Positions 23,473-37,027 of a stretch of 64,000 nt of DNA are shown here, in pieces. Where the stretch lies: positions 13,082,001 to 13,146,000 of the forward strand of contig NC_081333.1 in the NCBI RefSeq assembly GCF_022539665.2, written 5' to 3'. Position 1 is the stretch's first letter, and every line of letters starts with the position of its first letter. Source of the stretch: Daphnia carinata (taxonomy: Eukaryota). The position numbers and the translations under genes are program-made. Below the pieces are notes generated by a model. That model made no database searches and was not told where the DNA came from. It saw only the letters and a program-made list of their open reading frames with translations.

Positions 23473-26420
23473 TCATCCGGTTTTAAAGATTTCGTACAGG
23501 TTGCAGTTTGTAAGATTTGTATTGTGCCGACTCAGATCGAATGCATTCGATCCATCGTCGATCTTTGCGTCCTTGTCGATGCCGAGTTCGATCAAGAGTT
23601 TAATCGCATCGATTAAGTGTGGGCTTGAACTGTATGCACACAAAAGATGAAGCGCATTCGATCCATCGTCGATCTTTGCGTCCTTGTCGATGCCGAGTTC
23701 GATCAAGAGTTTAATCGCATCGATTAAGTGTGGGCTTGAACTGTATTCACACAAAAGATGAAGCGCATTCGATCCATCGTCGATCTTTGCGTCCTTGTCG
23801 ATGCCGAGTTCGATCAAGAGTTTAATCGCATCGATTAAGTGTGGGCTTGAACTGTATGCACACAAAAGATGAAGCGCATTCGATCCATCGTCGATCTTTG
23901 CGTCCTTGTCGATGCCGAGTTCGATCAAGAGTTTAATCGCATCGATTAAGTGTGGGCTTGAATTGTATCGACACAAAAGATGAAGCGCATTCCATCCATC
24001 GTCGATCTTTGCGTCCTTGTCGATGCCGAGTTCGATCAAGAGTTTAATCGCATCGATTAAGTGTGGGCTTGAATTGTATCGACACAAAAGATGAAGCATA
24101 TTGGATCCACGGTTGGTTTTTGCGTTGTTGTCGAAGCCTAGTTTGACCAAGAGTTTAATCGCATCGATTAAGTGTGGGCTTGAATTGTTTCGACACAAAA
24201 GATGAAGCGCATTCCATCCATCTTTGTCCTTTGCGTCCTTGTCGATGCCGAGTTCGATCAAGAGATTAATTGCATCGATTAAGTGTGGGCTTGAATTGTT
24301 TCGACACAAAAGATGAAGCGCATTGAATCTAACGTGGGCTTTTGCGTTTTTGTCGATGCCAAGTTCGATCAAGAGTTTAATTGCATCCATTAAATGTGGG
24401 CTTGAATTGTTAGAACACAAAAGATGAAGCGCATTCCATCTAGCCTTCGCCGTTGCGTCCTTGTCGATGCCGAGTTCGATCAAGAGTATAATCGCATCTA
24501 TTAAGTGTGGGCTTGAATTGTTAGAACACAAAAGATGAAGCGCATTCGCTCCATCGTTGGTTTTTGTGTCCTTGTCGATGCCGAGTTCGATCAAGAGTTT
24601 AATCGCATCGATTAAGTGTGGGCTTGAATTGTGTCGACACAATTTATGAAGCGCGTTGTATCCCAATTTGTCCTTTGCGTCCTTTTCGATGCCGAGTTCG
24701 CTCAAGAGTTTAATCGCACCCATTAAATGTGGGCTTGAATTGTTATAACACAAATAGTTAAGCGCATTCGATCCATCGTTGGTTTTTGCGTCCTTTTCGA
24801 TACCGAGTTCGATCAAGAGTTTAATCGCATCGATTAAGCGTGGGCTTGAATTGTTTCGACACAAAATATGAAGCGCATTCCATCCCTCGTTGGTTTTTAG
24901 GTTTTTGTCGATGCCGAGTTCGATCAAGAGTTTAATTGCATCCATTAAATGTGGGCTTGAATTGTTAGAACACAAAAGATGAAGCGCATTCCATCTATCC
25001 TTCGCCGTTGCGTCCTTGTCGATGCCGAGTTCGATCAAGAGTTTAATCGCATCGATTAAGCGTGGGCTTGAATTGTTTCGACACAAAATATGAAGCGCAT
25101 TCCATCCATCGTTGGTTTTTAGGTTTTTGTCGATACCTAGTTCAGTCAAGAGTTTAATCGCATCGATTAAATGTGGGCTTGTATTCCGACACAAAATATG
25201 AAGCGCATTCCATCCATTGTCTTCCTTGGCGTTTAAGTCGACGCCGAGTTGCATTAAAATTTCGATGTTATTCCCAAAATTTTTTGTTGGACATCTACAC
25301 AGCCAATGCAGGTGTTTTTCTTCTTTGCTAAGCTAAATGGAAAACCTTTGTTAGAAAATTCAAATTTCTTTGACGAAGGTGTTAAGCTTTTGTGACTTCA
25401 TTACCTTGATTTTTATGGATTCAAGTTGGTTGAACACTTCGTCAGATGTAATTCTTGTATCAGGTGTCTTGGTCAACATTCGTTCTATCAAATTACGTGC
25501 TAAATGTTTCTGGTGAATTTCTATTTTTCGAAAGTTTTAAACATATCAATTATTTTGCTTATGTTTTGTGATGTGCCTCACGAGGTCACTTACCACTCAT
25601 ATTAACTAAATTGGTGTTCTTCATGTTCGCTACAATTTCAGTTTCATTTTGACCATAGATATGCCTTCCTTTCAAGAGAATATAACCGAAGACGAGTCCT
25701 TCTGCATAAACGTCGCTTTTGATGGAGCCTCTATTTACTTCATTGCTTTGGTGTTTGTCCAAAATTTCCAACATTTCGGGAGATAGCCAACGTTCAGTTC
25801 CCCTTATTCCACTCATTGTGAATGTTCCTCTTTCACTCACTGGTCGTGACAATCCAAAATCAGCCCACTTGACCGTTATCTCGTCACCTTGATCAGTATG
25901 TTTAACTAAAATGTTTTCCGGTTTAATGTCCCGGTGGATTAGTTTCTGTGAATGAATGTATTTGAGACCGGAGGCTAATTGGGAGAAAACCTCGAAATTA
26001 TTTGGTAATGCAGGTCCTTTATATTTCCGTGGATGATCCTCATTTAGGAACACCTGATCCAATGATGCGTCGCATAATTCTAAAGCAAAATAACTGGATA
26101 GCAGAAAGCATATAGAAATTCTCTTTTTAATTTAAAGTTATCGCATTATAATCTTACTTGAAGTCCTCATCGCTTGCCCAGTGGACAAATTTTACTGTAT
26201 TGGGATTGTCTAACTGTTGCAGAATTTTTAACTCCTTCCCACCGTTTTTCGGCTTGTTTTGTTCTTCGGCTTGTTGAACTCCACTAATCGGAATTCGTTT
26301 GACTGCTACCCTTTGTCCTTTATATGTACCACGATACACTTTGCCATATCTACCTTCCCATAAGAAATCTTTGCGATAGAATTGGATGCCACCTATTTTT
26401 ACGGGAGTAGTCGATGACAT
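23473..26420 (-). CDS. IRE1-like Ser/Thr kinase + ankyrin repeat array (KA1; N-cap, 15 units of 37 aa, C-cap)
   Basis: Exons 26420-26158, 26093-25594, 25520-25405, 25332-23473 splice in frame. Kinase motifs [30 protein letters not shown]. Repeat unit [37 protein letters not shown]. Confidence 0.9.
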
Positions 26421-26429
26421 TTCAGGCGA

Positions 26430-27765
26430 AATTACACGTGAGACTATCGAGACAAGAACCTCTACGAGCTACTATTGAAAAATACCGTTTGACACTGAAC
26501 AACCCACACTTGCAACTCGAAATTGCATTGAATTTATCAGTCAGATTATATGTCTGTAAAGCATAAAATATAATTGTCGGGTCCAATGCCGATAAGGATG
26601 TGTTATCGCGTCGCCTGCCTGTTGATCCCTGTGAAATGTCAGAAATTTTTTTTCATTTGCTCCTTAAAATTACTTCAAATCATTTTTGACGAGAGCTAGT
26701 CAAATGATTTGCATCGAATTATTAATTCGCTCAGTAGGCCTATGCCTTTCCAATCGTTTCTTTTAACGGTTTCTACGTACGGCAGTCAGACATTTTTCAT
26801 AGAGCTTTACTAATTGGTAATTGCGCTCTGCACTGTTCACTTTCGACACGTATACCTTATCGCATTATTTTCTCGTTATCTTTCCTGAAGCTTCCCCCCT
26901 TCTTTTCTTTTCATCTAAATATGCGGTGAATATCGTCTGCTTTATTTCTATAATGAACCTGGGATATTTATTAAATTATATTTGTTGGCGCTGTAGGTGA
27001 CGCCAACCGGAAGGCGAAACAACTTGAAATTACAACTGTTTTCGGTGAACCCGCTTGAAATATTTAGCCTAAAGCCTCGTGACAAAGCCGCGTGCGAATT
27101 GCACGATCGGCTTTGCACAAGTGAATCTCAGTTCGCTACCTCGTTTGATCCGGTCCAAATAAAACCAACACTGATTACCTTAGACGCAGCTGTTGAAGAT
27201 GGAGGACAACTAGCGCAACCCGATTCATGAAAGATATAGTTAAAAGCGAGGGACCGGTGAAGTCGCTGATAATATAACTCTTCTTTCAAACGGCATTCAA
27301 TTCTTCTTTTCGGCCGCATTCGAATTGAGTACAAAATACCCAAGACGTAAGCCATGTACAGGAGTGCCATCTCAGCCCAAATCGTTTGCCCAGCAAACGC
27401 TTAATTCAATTCTCCCATTTTTCCCAGCTTATTTGCCACGATGAACATTATCACCAAATCCTAAATGTCAGAAGGTGATTTATATAACTTTTCCCATCTC
27501 ACGGGTAGAATGGATGTGTTTAGCTGAAGCAAACAAACTCAACATTGCCACGAGATAAGACGCGTTGGTTCTTTAATTTTAATGCACGTTTCGCAATTTT
27601 TATTGACAAGTTGTTTACCTCAACTCAAGTTCGGCCAGATAATAGCATTTCTGTTTGGTTTGGATTTGTTTCCCGTACATTTGTTTGTTTCGTTTCAAGA
27701 TAAGCTCGGGCGTATCAGCCAGTTGTTATTCTCTTGGTAGGATTGCTCACTGTCTATTGCACCAC
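26430..27765 (-). repeat. Shared upstream region of kinase-ankyrin genes
   Basis: 26680-27765 is the reverse complement homolog of 62950-64000. The proximal part also matches upstream of 41335, 49656 and 55941. Confidence 0.85.
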
Positions 27766-30700
27766 AGTTTGAGTCATAATTGCATTTCAACTAAATGTAA
27801 TTTGGCTTATTTCTTCAAGTCAGCAAGCAAGGAAAAGACGAACAAATTCCCATGGTCATTTCCTTCGTTTGTTACAGCAACAGCTAAAGTGGCGAGAAAA
27901 TGAATATGTTTCCGTGGCTTTTTTTTATAATGTGGTTTCATTGAATCCGCCATCTTCTAAAATGAGGACAGGGTTATCGGTGTGACCCAGGAACCGAGCC
28001 CCGCCACCGCCCCGGTGTAGAAAATGTCCCCGTCATCCCGGGATTGGCCCATTCCAGGCATGGGGCATAGTGGTGAGCCCCGGATCATAGCCCATCTGGT
28101 GTTTAGACCCGACTACTGCTTTCATGCTGCTTTCGTTTCGCATTACGGCTGATTTGGAAAAGTATGGCAACAAAGCATGAGGCATTTTCTGGCGCTTAAC
28201 TGACAAGGTAAGAGGTAAGAAAAAAAATATCTGGTACCTTAACATAGGTTAGGATTAACGTATAACTTAACCCGTAGATTCCTACAAGTAATTTCCGCTC
28301 ATTGGCCTGTCTGAGAAATGCTGTTTATCTCTTGTCAGCCAAAAATGAAGCATGGCATTCAAAAGGGAAGTTTTCTTCTCTGAGTAAACATCCAGCATAA
28401 GCAAGGTGAGCTTAAAAATGTGGATCCGTCCGCCGTAGCCTTCCTAATCCAAGTGTTCTTTGTCATGCCTGAAATAATGAAGGAAAAAAAGTTTCAAATA
28501 AGGCTTCATCTTCACTCAGTGACATGGAGGATGAAGAATACATTGTTGGGAAATTCTCGGTCTGAGGTAAGTATGGAAATATATCTAAATATAGTATGTT
28601 AACATTAGTTGACCGTCTTGTGATTATTACTGAATCTGAAATATCTTATTAGGAGAACGATGGTGAAGTTGGGTATAAGCTGATAGGGATTGGTGTTTCA
28701 AACAACGGAAATACTTGGGAGCCCAAGAAAATCTTTATTGTAATAATTTCATTGCAGCATTCGAAATCAAATTCTACCGTTAAATGAGAATCCTGAAAAC
28801 AAGCTAAGTCAAGAGAAGAAAATTGTGAAGAAAGAAGAACTAAAGCACAGGTTTGTTTCAAATTCTTAACTAGACACAATGAACATCAATATGGTCATTA
28901 AATCTATAGTTTTCTTCATGTCATTATGGATGCCCAGTCTTACAACAGGATTTGATAGAACTGTAGATGTGGAGACAATTTTTTGAGTGAGCGATGACGG
29001 TGAAGAAACTATATAGGTAACCATTTTGTTTTGTTAAAACTTTACCATATCATTTTCAAGTGAGATTTTTTTTGTTTTTAGACAGTTGTAGGGATGTGTA
29101 AGGAATGGTGGTTGTAGAGCAGGAGATCAATCTTTTATACAAACCATTTCCATTTTTATTATAAATAGTCTTTTTAGCCGCTGAATGTAGCTGGGACATA
29201 AAATATTGGAATTGTAGTGTCAGGACATTTGGCACGCTATGCCTAGTTTTATTGGTATTCTATATATTCATTTCTATATTTAGTGGTATTATTATAATAG
29301 TATTGTGTTTTATTACAGGCTGACCAGAATTACAAACACATTGTCACAGCAGTCTTTCAACAATCATTGTTGAAAATTTTTTTCCCCTAAGTTTTTGTAC
29401 TATTATCTTTCTGTTCGAAACACTTGAGAAGTGATCTCATGTCAACAGGTAAAATGATTTAATTTAAATTACTTGGTTGACGATTAATATAGTTTTTTTT
29501 TGTAAGGAAAGTGTGATGATTGTTACTGCAAATCTGCAGAAACTGGTGAGCTGTGCGACTGGCTGCTAACCACTCATCTTGAGTATTTGATCTCATACAA
29601 CTGTCAGATTGTATAAAAAATTTATTTTGTCAGCTTCAGAAATCTTTCAGTTGTTCAGAAAATTTTTACTAACTTTACGAAATTATCATAGGAGTAGAAA
29701 TGCAGAATGCTACAGTTTCCTCAGTACGGAGATAGCAGTGCAGAGGAGAGAGCGGAGAGAACAGTGTATAATAAAGCCCATCATAAAGCGAAGCAGATGG
29801 CAAGAATGTACATGTCCGGGCTGCTTATACTCCTTTTATTGTCTGACTATAGCGTTTGGACAAATCTTGTTCAGGCACAAGGACAACCCTGAATTAAAAA
29901 GCTGTTAGCACATCAGACATTATACCTCTATCCTTGATCCGTAGCTGGATGTCTGTGTAGATTGCGTCTTGTTGTGTGCGTTGGGCATCATCACGACCAA
30001 GAGATCTGAATCATAAGCAAAAACAGAAGCTTAATATTTCAGCTACACTGGCCATCTCTCGTCTTCAAATACTTCAACTCTGTTAGAGTTCTCCAAATAA
30101 AAAAATAATTTATGTGCAGCCCATGCATTAGGTCTCGTACAGATGCTGCCGTATGTATAACCGATCAAGTTTAAGCCAGGCCAAAAACGTTTAAGTGGGA
30201 CAGAAAGCCAGCTACTCTCGTAGCGGTGGGTCTCTGCTGTTGTCCTGCTCATTTCATTCTTGCTGTTTAAATCATATCCACAATAATCAAACAATCAATA
30301 AGCCAGACGGACCTCCTAGGTCCGCCGTTGTGTCCGCTGACATAGGCCGTGTGCATAAATATATCAATACACAGCAGCAACATAGGAACCTTGAAAAAAA
30401 ATGTCCTGTGATAACTCAAGTGGGCAGCATTATGAATTGTTTGGGGACAATGAATAAAAGGCAACAAAAGGGGGGACAAGAGCCTGTGAGAGAATTTTGA
30501 AGCTGGGCGGAAATAATAGAAGAAGAAGAAAAAAGAAAGAGGAAGTTTTTCAAGAGGAGTGTGGTGAAAGGGATCCACTTTTGTGGTTGTCAACGATAAT
30601 AGAGGCAGCAAAGATAATATAAGAGCACCCACCTCTGTTGCTGCGTTGTGAGCGTGATCGTGTCAAGAGGCGCCGTAGGGGATCATCTCTCCTCCATTGA

Positions 30701-31923
30701 TAGATCTAGCTCCGTCTTGACTCTTTTGGCCCCCGCGAGTAGCAGCCACCAACTACATCAGCCATTTTTGAAGAATGGGCCTTCTTGCATTCAATGAAAC
30801 TTCTTGCTTGTTGTTTAGAATAGATGAATATACGGCGTGCTCACCTTGCCATGACGATCCTCTGTGGATAAAAACCACACATCACGAATTTCCCCTTTCA
30901 ACTCTTCGCCACTATTCTTTGCAGCCGTTTATATACGATATGGGAAATATGGACATGTGCAGTAGTTTATCCTTTATTATCTGTTTTCCCATTCTTCGTG
31001 GGAGATGCTAACTTATTTCGAGGGTATCAAAACCGTAAAAGGCAGTAAAGGCCAACTGAAGAAGCTGTGGGTGCACGCGTAGGACGTGCGTGAAGTAAAC
31101 CACCTGCCGAAAATAATTGCTCAAAGGGCAGGTAAATGATCAAGCTTATCGATTCAAATAGTCTACTTGCAATCAAGTTTATCTAATTTATACATTTGTA
31201 TTGCAGAGATACAGAATGGGTAGCCAACCCACAGACGTTATATTGCTCTGAGCATTGTTGGGACGTTGCCTGTTTGCATAGTGAATGGCTATAGATACAC
31301 AATTGGTTGATGAATCGGAGGATGCGATGTGTTATCGAAAGGACAAGGCCGCAACGGTGTAGGGAACAAGAGGATGCCCAGCCGGTGGGCCGTTGGACCT
31401 CCCAGAGTAGCGCCAATTTTTCGTCGTTTCCTTTTTCCTATGACGCAACACATTCGATAACAATAGCACGTCCTATAGGCTACATAACAATTCGAAATCA
31501 AAAGAGGAAAGGAAATGGCGCTGACGAATTGGCCACCATTGCGAGGTCTATACCAGAATAAAGAAAGGAAGGCGATGAACGACCATCGTATATCGTTTGA
31601 TTTGTAACAGTTACTGCAGGAAGGGCAGCTTGCTTGCTGTGGCTTACCACGAAAAATCTGGCACATCGTTCGTTACTTTTGAATGGCAAGTTTTCGACAT
31701 GTTACGATCAACTGCTGCCCATTCAACTGCTGTTGGTTTAGGGCTTCCGTGTGATATCAAACGACTTGCAAACGTCCTCATGGCTATATAAAGGAATTTG
31801 TCCAACTTCACTGGGTTCTGTATAGATTTCAAACGGAAAAGAAGCTTTCATTTCCTTCCGGACACCCACCAAGTGAGCACGAGGACAAGATTACTTCCTG
31901 CTGTACGTCTACTAATACATTAA

Positions 31924-32570
31924 CGTGGGAATTTTCCTTCCAAAATTTTCAAAATCTGACACGCAATCGAATTGGTTGATCACGGAAAATACTCAAAATT
32001 GAATGCTGATTCCGGGAAAATTGTTGTTGTTTTTTTCATTAAGTCACCAATTTTTTAAATACATCGATTATTTGTGCAGCATCGCAATAAAAACTAGCGC
32101 GCCAGTACGTGACAGCACTTTGTATCGACATTTTCAGTTTGAGCCAGATTTTGCTTAAAATGCACCATGTCGATTCAGAAATTAATGCTGATCTCGGAAA
32201 TCAAGTTTATTTTTCAATTGGCTGTATAGCTTTTGAAATAAACGAAGAAAATGACCGTGGGAATTTTACCTGAAAAACCTGCAAAAACTGACAGTCAATG
32301 GAATTGGTTGAATATCACACAATATACTCGAAATTGAATGCTGATTCCGAGAAAATTGTTATATTTTTCATTAAGTCAACGATTAAAAAAAAAATCGATT
32401 ATTTGTGCAGCATCGCAATAAAAACTAGCGCGCCAGTACGTGACAGCGCTTTGTACCGACTTTTTTAATTGGGCAAAATTTGGCTTAAAATACCTGAAAT
32501 CGATTTTAAAATGAAATTTTGATCGCAGGAATCAAGTATATTTTTCAAGGGGCCATATAGTTTTTTAATA
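31924..32570. repeat. Two tandem ~330-bp AT-rich units, resembling transposon subterminal repeats
   Basis: cgtgggaatttt..., aattgaatgctgattccg and atcgattatttgtgcagcatcgcaataaaaactagcgcgccagtacgtgacagc each occur twice about 330 bp apart. Confidence 0.8.
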
Positions 32571-32664
32571 AAAGTTAAAATCAAAACTAAAGTTTTGATG
32601 TAACATCACTTTTTGTGTTATATTTTGAAAACGGCCGGTTTCACGAAAAAATAATCACGGAATC

Positions 32665-34709
32665 CCATAGATGGCGGGTGTGTAATGAAACGTCGATTTC
32701 TTGTCTGCTTGAAATTCTCAGCTTTGCAGCAGTGCTTCTTGCTTCAGTGTTAGTGTTTGGTGAAATACCACAATGTGCGCTGGTGAGTTTTTGTCATATG
32801 AACATGTACCTTTTTCCTTTGCTTCTTCGCCAGTATGTGAGAGCGTTGGCATCTTTTCTTTTTCTATGCAGTTTGTAGAAGCAAATGGTTCATTTGTCAT
32901 ACAGCCACTGACCTAATTTGTTTAGGTAATATTGGCCTATTGACACGAAAGCAAAATTTCACATTTCTGTCGTAAAAACAGTTGCAACTAAGCAATCACC
33001 TTGAAATAATTTGTTAACCTCTAGTATTGAGCTGAATGTTTATAATGCCGTTCTTTTTCACTAAACATTGATTTTAATAAGTTTATTTTGTTTTTGCATA
33101 GTTTGTTGCTGAATGTAATGAATCCTGGTGATGAAACTGGCAAACTTGGTTTTAAAACTCGAAGAGATTGAACCTGGCCAACAGTTTAAATGTTGGAAAC
33201 GTCACACCAAAAGCTGATTGGCCATCAGTGGTTGACTGCTTACACGTCAGCTTACGAGGAATAACAAACCAGCTCATTGGTGACCATGTTGCACTACTTC
33301 TCAAATGTGTGTGGTGTCTAGCAGATTGCTGTCATTCGACAAAGACTATGTGGAGCATTTCCAGGTTAGTTTTCGTATTGGGGTTTTACATTTTACAAAG
33401 TTTTAGAGCTGTGCTCGCGCATTAGATTGTATGAAGTATCAAATTACCTTTTTTGATTTGTGTGCGTTTTTCTTGGAATTTTACAAACAAATTGTTTAAG
33501 TGAAGGCTTATTCAATGGTGACAAAGCACAGATCTATCATCTATAGAGTCCTTTTCATTACCCTCCACAATCAAGCACGTCTAGCAGTTAATACTCACTT
33601 GACGCTGGCAACGATTTGCTTTAGTTGATATTTCAAGAGAAAATAAATTAGGCTACTCAAATGGTGTTGTGCGGAATCTGTGGTTTTCAATAAGGTGGGC
33701 GAGTGAAACGTTTCATTATGGAATTCAATTTTTATCTATTTACACTTCCATCTTAACTTCATAGCAAAGCGCGCAACACTAATTAATGTTTGTCTTTTCA
33801 AAGCTTGTCAAAAATGTGGTTTGAGCTTTTTTTGAAATGTCATTCCACATTCATACAGTATTAACATTTTGACGGCACTCCTCAAGCCGCTTGATCGGTT
33901 TGCTACGAAATGAGGAGCGCTTTCCATCCTTCGTTGCACTCTGTATTATGCAATTGGATTAAGAACAAAGTTGAGTCGGTTTCCTTTGAGACACTACTTA
34001 TTTGACTTTCGCAAATTTCAATTAGAATTGTGGCTATGTGTTTGTTGTTGAAATTTCACGCTCATCCTCCCTGTTAAGTCTGCCTTCCTCGGTAATTTTA
34101 CGCTCCTAATATGTTTGCTTCGATTTCATTAACTATTACGAGCAATTGTCGGCGTTTTAGGATGCCGCATTGTGTACCGTTTGGCTTCGTGTTGTTTATG
34201 TAAAACTGGGTCGCCCTTTGTTCCCATATGCATAACACCATTCTCGCTGAATGATTCGTGTTTCTCCTAAACTGGCGGTCTCCAACCATAACAGAGTTAT
34301 GTTGGTGGACGTGTGGTCGTTCTTTTTACAGTTGGCTTAGCAAACGGAGAAAGCTGTTTTCCGCAGACAAGTTAGACAGTTTAATGCTTACGTTTGACGA
34401 TTCCGTTTAATTGTGCAAAATAAAAATATTTCTATCGTGGCTGCAATGATAGGCAAGAGAATGATCGATAGGAGAGGACGAAAACAACTAGTTGTTTTCT
34501 TATCAAAGACGTAATTCTAAAAGAAAGGGATCAATGTTTCGTTACGTCTCCTTAAACACGTCCATTCACTTAGGTTATAACTTTCGCCTTAATCAGATTC
34601 TAGCTGATGTGATGCGCCTTACTTTGTGAGGTAGTCCATCGACCAGTATCTTATTTTTTTTTCGAGTGTTAATTTATTTAACTTGCATGCGTTGACATTA
34701 CAGTTCGAA
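32665..34709 (-). repeat. Shared kinase-ankyrin 3' flank (copy 2), ending at the assembly gap
   Basis: Aligns with 21532-23325 up to ...atgcgttgacattacagttcgaa immediately before the Ns. Confidence 0.88.
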
Positions 34710-34809
34710 NNNNNNNNNNNNNNNNNNNNNNNNNNNNNNNNNNNNNNNNNNNNNNNNNNNNNNNNNNNNNNNNNNNNNNNNNNNNNNNNNNNNNNNNNNN
34801 NNNNNNNNN
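34710..34809. other. Assembly gap (100 N placeholder)
   Basis: Run of exactly 100 N. Confidence 1.
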
Positions 34810-35970
34810 TTCCAAACTGCGTTGCCTATTGCTCCTTGGCCCCATTCCAAACCTTTCGTGGGCTTGACGCGATTCATTTCCGATCGCCTGTTGCCTGTGC
34901 ATTGCAGCACGGCGGTAACAGTGTGTGGAGCGTAGGCTGTTTTCAACTGGTCTAAATTCAAATTCAAGCTATCTTTTTCATCAAGGCCAACAACTTCTAG
35001 GGAGTAGCTTTCGCTTGAAGGATCGACATCTGGAACGGGAAAATGATGACGAACGTAGAAAATATCTCTATTGAAAAGAGAAATATGTTGATAAAAAGGG
35101 AGTTTGATGGGAAAATCATGACGAAACCTTACGTTGGTGTGATGAAGCTTTCCACGAGTAAAAAGCCAGGAGTTTCAGCATTGAAGGGTTTTTTTGTCCT
35201 TACTACTAGTGCCGGATGTCTTCGAGGATCATTTGCATACGGATCATCCATATTCGCCATAGCCAAGTGTTCTTCACCTTTGGTCAAATTACCAATTCTG
35301 TATTCTTCCATAAGAGCCAAAATTCCAGGTTGCTGATGGATTGCATAGAGAGACCAGAACGGCTCAACTGAGCCCCCAGCTCCGAGCAAAATCGTATCTC
35401 CTCCTGAAATATCTCAAATGAGCAGCGAAACCAAAGTAAAGCAAATGCAGAAATTTTACCAGGATGAATTTTGATGAACGGAGTGATGTCATAGACACCA
35501 CTTTTGTAACTGATCCATATGCCAGTGGATTCATCTCTATGTTTGGCAACATCATCTGAGGTGTAAACAGGCAAACCTTCCACAAAACTTCCTGGTTCTC
35601 TTGCCACAGTATTTACCTCACTTTCTTTTTTTTCATGGGCCCATACTGTAGGAATGTTCTTCTTGTAATAATAGTATAGGCCTGCAAGAGTGATGGCGCC
35701 AAGCCCAGTGATTGTCAGTCGTCTCGCATTCCCATGGCCATCTTTTTCATGGAAATCGTGACTGTTCGAGCTTTGTGTACCCTGCGATAAGGTTCTTACC
35801 CTACAAATAAAAAATGTCAGATTTAGAATTAAATGGCAAATACTTAAATAATTTTTATCTAAGATGTCAACACATTACCAACTAGAATTGGCAGGTGGTT
35901 TTCTAGTTAGACATTTAGAAAAAATTACACATCCCTTGTGAAATGGATTTATCAAGATTCGACTATACAT
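34810..35970 (-). CDS. SUOX: Sulfite oxidase, mitochondrial; 5' part only, truncated by the gap
   Basis: ATG 35970, targeting-like N-terminus plus TM, cytochrome b5 domain (GVYDITPFIKIHPG/GDTILLGAGGSVEPFW), DPYANDPRRHPAL..PFNAETP, FYVRHHFPVP, Moco Cys motif LQCTGNRRSEM, WGQGAIGNAVW. Confidence 0.95.
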
Positions 35971-37027
35971 TGCTAAACTAGTCAGTGATATTCGGCACGT
36001 AAGTGACTTCTAGCCACACGTTACCAAACAAACAAGGACCTAAGCAATCAAGCAACAAGCCTACAACCTACAACCCAGAATCAAGAAAATAACACAACGT
36101 TGGCTCCCAGTTGGCTTGCTACCTGTAGTACGCAATAGTGCATGCTGTTTATCCTCATTCCAACCTGTGGAGTAAATGGCGGAAATATACGAATTGAAAT
36201 TATGGTGAAAAGACTGGGAAGAAACGAATGAATGAATGAAAAAAACTTCTCTGCTTCTCGGTGGAAAACCTTTAAGTATACCTTGACAATGCACTCGATG
36301 TTCAAAGCCGAATTCTGGAGTGAAGGCGGAGCTTAAACGGTTAATGATCAGATGTTGAACCCGCACTCCGAAGGCTGCTTTGACGAAAATAAAACCGAAC
36401 CCCGTGTGGTCATTTCAGAAATGGCTTCTTGCTTATAAATTTGAATAGATGAAACAAAGTAAGCACACTAGGAAAAATCTAAAAAACATGTTGTGACCAT
36501 TGCAACTAATCAGCAAAAGTTACTTGTAGATTTTATCAAAAGCCACGATAATATCTCCTGCCCCCACAACCGATCACATGGGGTACAAACTGGTTACGTC
36601 TTCTTTATTTCCTGTTTGTGTTTTTTTATTGTTTCGAAATCTGGAATTTCCTGCCAGTCAACACCAACCATTTGCAGTGCTGTCGGGAACCTATCAGCAT
36701 ATTCTCATTGACATTTCGTCAGTGAGTTGTTTTGGCTGTCAATTAGAAAAAAACCAAAAATCAATAAAGGCCTGTTATCACTTAATAAAGTGTTTTTCCC
36801 CAATTCGTACGTTGGGTCGACCCGTTACTTTAGCAGACAAAAAGGCCAACGTCAAGATCAGATTGATTCATTTGGATGCCATCAAACCATTCCGTTTTAC
36901 TCGGTGGCATAAGGTTTAAAACCTACTTCTCCAGTTAGTTTTTTAGTTACAAAAGTAAGAGGCGACTATCAGGCTTATTTTATTTTCGTGTCATTCCATC
37001 GGTCAGGAACAGGAATTATTCGACAAC

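Noticed and set aside
23473..25254. 111-bp periodic array as a CRISPR array or TALE-like DNA-binding repeat
   Set aside because: It is an open reading frame of ankyrin repeats spliced to a kinase in a eukaryotic gene. There are no unique spacers or cas genes, and the unit is not TALE-like.
26997..27903. Short ORFs in the KA upstream region and their homologs at 62925-63206
   Set aside because: Frames and stops are not conserved between the two copies, and no domain is recognisable.
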